20,000 nucleotides of DNA from an uncultured virus (IMG/VR IMGVR_UViG_3300011862_000003) (Duplodnaviria > Heunggongvirae > Uroviricota > Caudoviricetes), in IMG/VR virus record IMGVR_UViG_3300011862_000003; one strand, given 5' to 3'. Below, piece by piece: positions 17,959 through 20,000 of the stretch. Every line of letters starts with the position of its first letter. The stretch's first letter is position 1. A program made the translations under genes and the position numbers. The notes under the pieces were generated by a model, which ran no database searches, was not told the origin of the DNA, and saw only the letters and a program-made list of their open reading frames with translations.

Positions 17959-20000
17959 TTTAAGAGGTGACATCAAAAAGATCATCTGCTCAGATTTAAA
18001 TTTAGATGGTGTTGCAGTATCTCTTAATACTGACTACTTACATACCTGCGCATATACATCTTCATCTGCAACACCCCCTTTAAAAATTAGAGTACTTCTA
18101 GTTGATTCAACTACTTCACATAAATATGAGCAAGAGGTGATTAATTTCACCTCTACTTCAATTACATTTAAAACAAATCCAAACTCACACGAGTTAGCAA
18201 AATTTGATGAACTTGAACTGGATTTAACTTACATAGCTTCTAATTTAAAGTTAAAAACCACTACTAAAATGATAGTAGTGAAAACAGTTAATACGTTACT
18301 AGCTTATGATACTGGTTCTGTTAAATTACNNNNNNNNNNTCTATATCCACGTATTAAATTAGGCTTCCCTAAATGGGGTTCCATAGAAAAGAATGATATA
18401 TCTAATGGCTCTAAATTACTTGAACCCTTATTTACACCATTTTATGATTCTTACCATAAAATGATTAAATATAATATTAAATCTAAATTTAAAAAAGGTT
18501 ATGAAAAATATTTAAATATCTATTTTGGAGATAACCCTGAAATCGTTTTAAAAGAAAATGAAGAGGGGCTTAAAGAAAAATTATATGAGAGTGGAAGTAT
18601 AGAGACATTACCTAGAAAAACTAAATTGAAACCTAATTCTGGAGTAGAGACTTTAAGTCGAATTATTATAGACCCTGAATTAGATCAGGAATTCGATTTT
18701 TCTCCTTTTGAGAATAAGTATATTTATACTAAACGTGTGAATATTGAAGAAGCTGATCAAGGATATGTCAGGATAAAAGGGAGAGATGCTTACGGAGAGA
18801 AGATAGAGGAGACGATTGAAGTTACTAAAGAATTTTTTACTGTCTCAAGGAAGAAATTCTTTAAAATTGATTCTATTATTTCTTCAGATAATATTTTGAT
18901 TAGTAATTACATTGATTGTAGATTTGATCACTATTATATAAAAGATATCAAGACTATAGCTCCTATTGTCGATCAAGATCTTTTTGCTTTTAATCCAAAA
19001 GTATTAAAAGCAAAAAATAATGAATTTACTAAGCCTGTACTACATATCCATAATATGAAAAAAGAGCTATCTGAAATAGCTTATAAATTTGATATTGAAA
19101 GTAATACGAATAGAATAACGTCATTGTTTATTGATGAGCACTTAAGAGCAATATGGACAGATGGGGAAAAACTTTATTCTAGTGTACTACATCACGATTT
19201 AAGTAAAGATATTGGAAATCATCCTTCCAATAATAACAATGAAGTTGTTAAGATTTTAGATAAAAATACATGTATTGGTGATTGGGTGGATGCTGTTATT
19301 GATACAGATGCATGGCCTTCTAAAACACCTATGATCATTCAAATTAAAAATAAAGACTCAGTAAAATACTTTGACCAAGAAACAGAAACTTTTATTGATA
19401 CGATTAAATATTTCTACCCTCAAACAAATAATAGATATATTGAGTTATCAGTAAAAGTTGAAAATGATTCACCATATATATTCAGCGTAGTCTCAGATAA
19501 TTTTACTAAAAGATATCTAGCATCTTCGCATACAAATATGCTTAGGAGTATTGATAGTAAAGATTGTTTAGGCACTATTATAATTATAGATGAAGTTCCA
19601 AAAATAGTATCTAATTTCACTCTTACCACAACTTCTGTAGGACAACAAGACTCAGATAAAATTAGAGTAATAGTAGAACCTCAAGCATTAAATACCTATG
19701 ATTGGGAATTTAATATAGCAGGTCAGTATTTTGGTAGTAATGGAAGTACATGTAAAGAAGACCTATATAAAGTTATTTCAAATACAGGTAATTCTAATAC
19801 CCCTGTGATATTTGAAATCAATAGACATAAAATGATTAATGAATTTTCGGATGGAGAGGCAAGTTGTTATTTAAATATTAACTACAATCCTTTATATAAT
19901 ACTGAAGACCGTAATCATACATTTAATCTAATTTTATCAGACTGCTATGGTTCTGTTTTAAAGTCTATAACTATTCCAGAAACTAATCATAGTGTGACCG
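17951..20000 (+). CDS. Large structural protein, 3'-partial (probable baseplate wedge / tail component), >680 aa, missing from the ORF track
   Basis: ATG 17951 overlaps the J-like stop (ATGAATAA). Manual translation MNNLRGDIKKIICSDL...GFPKWGSIEKNDISNGSKLLEPLF...IPETNHSVT shows no stop up to 20000 and stays in frame across the 10-N gap. Confidence 0.8.
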   Translation, partial: MNNLRGDIKKIICSDLNLDGVAVSLNTDYLHTCAYTSSSATPPLKIRVLLVDSTTSHKYEQEVINFTSTSITFKTNPNSHELAKFDELELDLTYIASNLKLKTTTKMIVVKTVNTLLAYDTGSVKLXXXXLYPRIKLGFPKWGSIEKNDISNGSKLLEPLFTPFYDSYHKMIKYNIKSKFKKGYEKYLNIYFGDNPEIVLKENEEGLKEKLYESGSIETLPRKTKLKPNSGVETLSRIIIDPELDQEFDFSPFENKYIYTKRVNIEEADQGYVRIKGRDAYGEKIEETIEVTKEFFTVSRKKFFKIDSIISSDNILISNYIDCRFDHYYIKDIKTIAPIVDQDLFAFNPKVLKAKNNEFTKPVLHIHNMKKELSEIAYKFDIESNTNRITSLFIDEHLRAIWTDGEKLYSSVLHHDLSKDIGNHPSNNNNEVVKILDKNTCIGDWVDAVIDTDAWPSKTPMIIQIKNKDSVKYFDQETETFIDTIKYFYPQTNNRYIELSVKVENDSPYIFSVVSDNFTKRYLASSHTNMLRSIDSKDCLGTIIIIDEVPKIVSNFTLTTTSVGQQDSDKIRVIVEPQALNTYDWEFNIAGQYFGSNGSTCKEDLYKVISNTGNSNTPVIFEINRHKMINEFSDGEASCYLNINYNPLYNTEDRNHTFNLILSDCYGSVLKSITIPETNHSVT
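18330..18339. other. Assembly gap (10 N), frame preserved
   Basis: N run; codons on both sides are in the same frame. Confidence 0.95.

Larger units (their letters stand above)
1..20000 (+). mobile_element. Large contractile-tailed bacteriophage genome segment (virion protein / tail-baseplate module)
   Basis: Co-oriented, tightly packed or overlapping genes in the typical myovirus order hub > spike region > gp25-like > baseplate J-like > further wedge protein. It also has very large ORFs, tail-associated muralytic domains, low GC and no host housekeeping genes. Free phage versus prophage cannot be determined from this window. Confidence 0.9.

Noticed and set aside
1494..19629. Short alternative ORFs in the track (1494-1697 -, 11933-12211 +, 12816-13013 -, 13390-13629 -, 14519-14956 -, 16171-16374 -, 19420-19629 -)
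   Set aside because: All overlap long + strand genes, show no recognisable motifs, and are the expected shadow ORFs.
1..20000. Stop-codon recoding (alternative genetic code)
   Set aside because: All credible genes end in TAA, but the long ORFs read through under the standard code with near-complete coding density, so nothing requires TAG or TGA reassignment.
1..20000. CRISPR arrays, tRNA/rRNA genes, inteins, introns, intrinsic terminators
   Set aside because: Intergenic spaces are at most 14 nt, and I saw no regular repeat-spacer pattern, GC-rich hairpin with U-tract, or intein splice motifs.

Overview
This is an AT-rich (roughly 30-33% GC by eye), densely coding window with every credible gene on the + strand. 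It looks like the virion/tail-baseplate module of a large contractile-tailed (myovirus/jumbo-like) phage. Gene order: (1) a 5'-truncated >1050-aa virion-type protein with Gly/Ala-rich hydrophobic helices; (2) a 1621-aa protein that appears to be a single-polypeptide two-barrel (DPBB) RNA polymerase, with beta-like DGxG and K-x6-K motifs, beta'-like R-x-P and NGDFDQD motifs, a trigger-loop-like KSSH, and hydrophobic segments at both ends; (3) a giant baseplate-hub protein of about 2400 aa, split only by an assembly gap, carrying gpU-like domains, a lytic transglycosylase, a staphylococcal-nuclease domain, an M23 peptidase, a gp27/gpD-like hub and a basic/hydrophobic tail; (4) two small putative spike-region genes; (5) a gp25-like wedge protein; (6) a baseplate-J-like protein, also split by a gap; and (7) an unannotated ORF running off the 3' end. 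The main finding is a candidate virion-packaged, possibly membrane-tethered RNAP with a non-canonical DFDQD catalytic loop, encoded directly upstream of a nuclease-armed baseplate hub. All domain calls come from motif recognition by eye, not from database searches.
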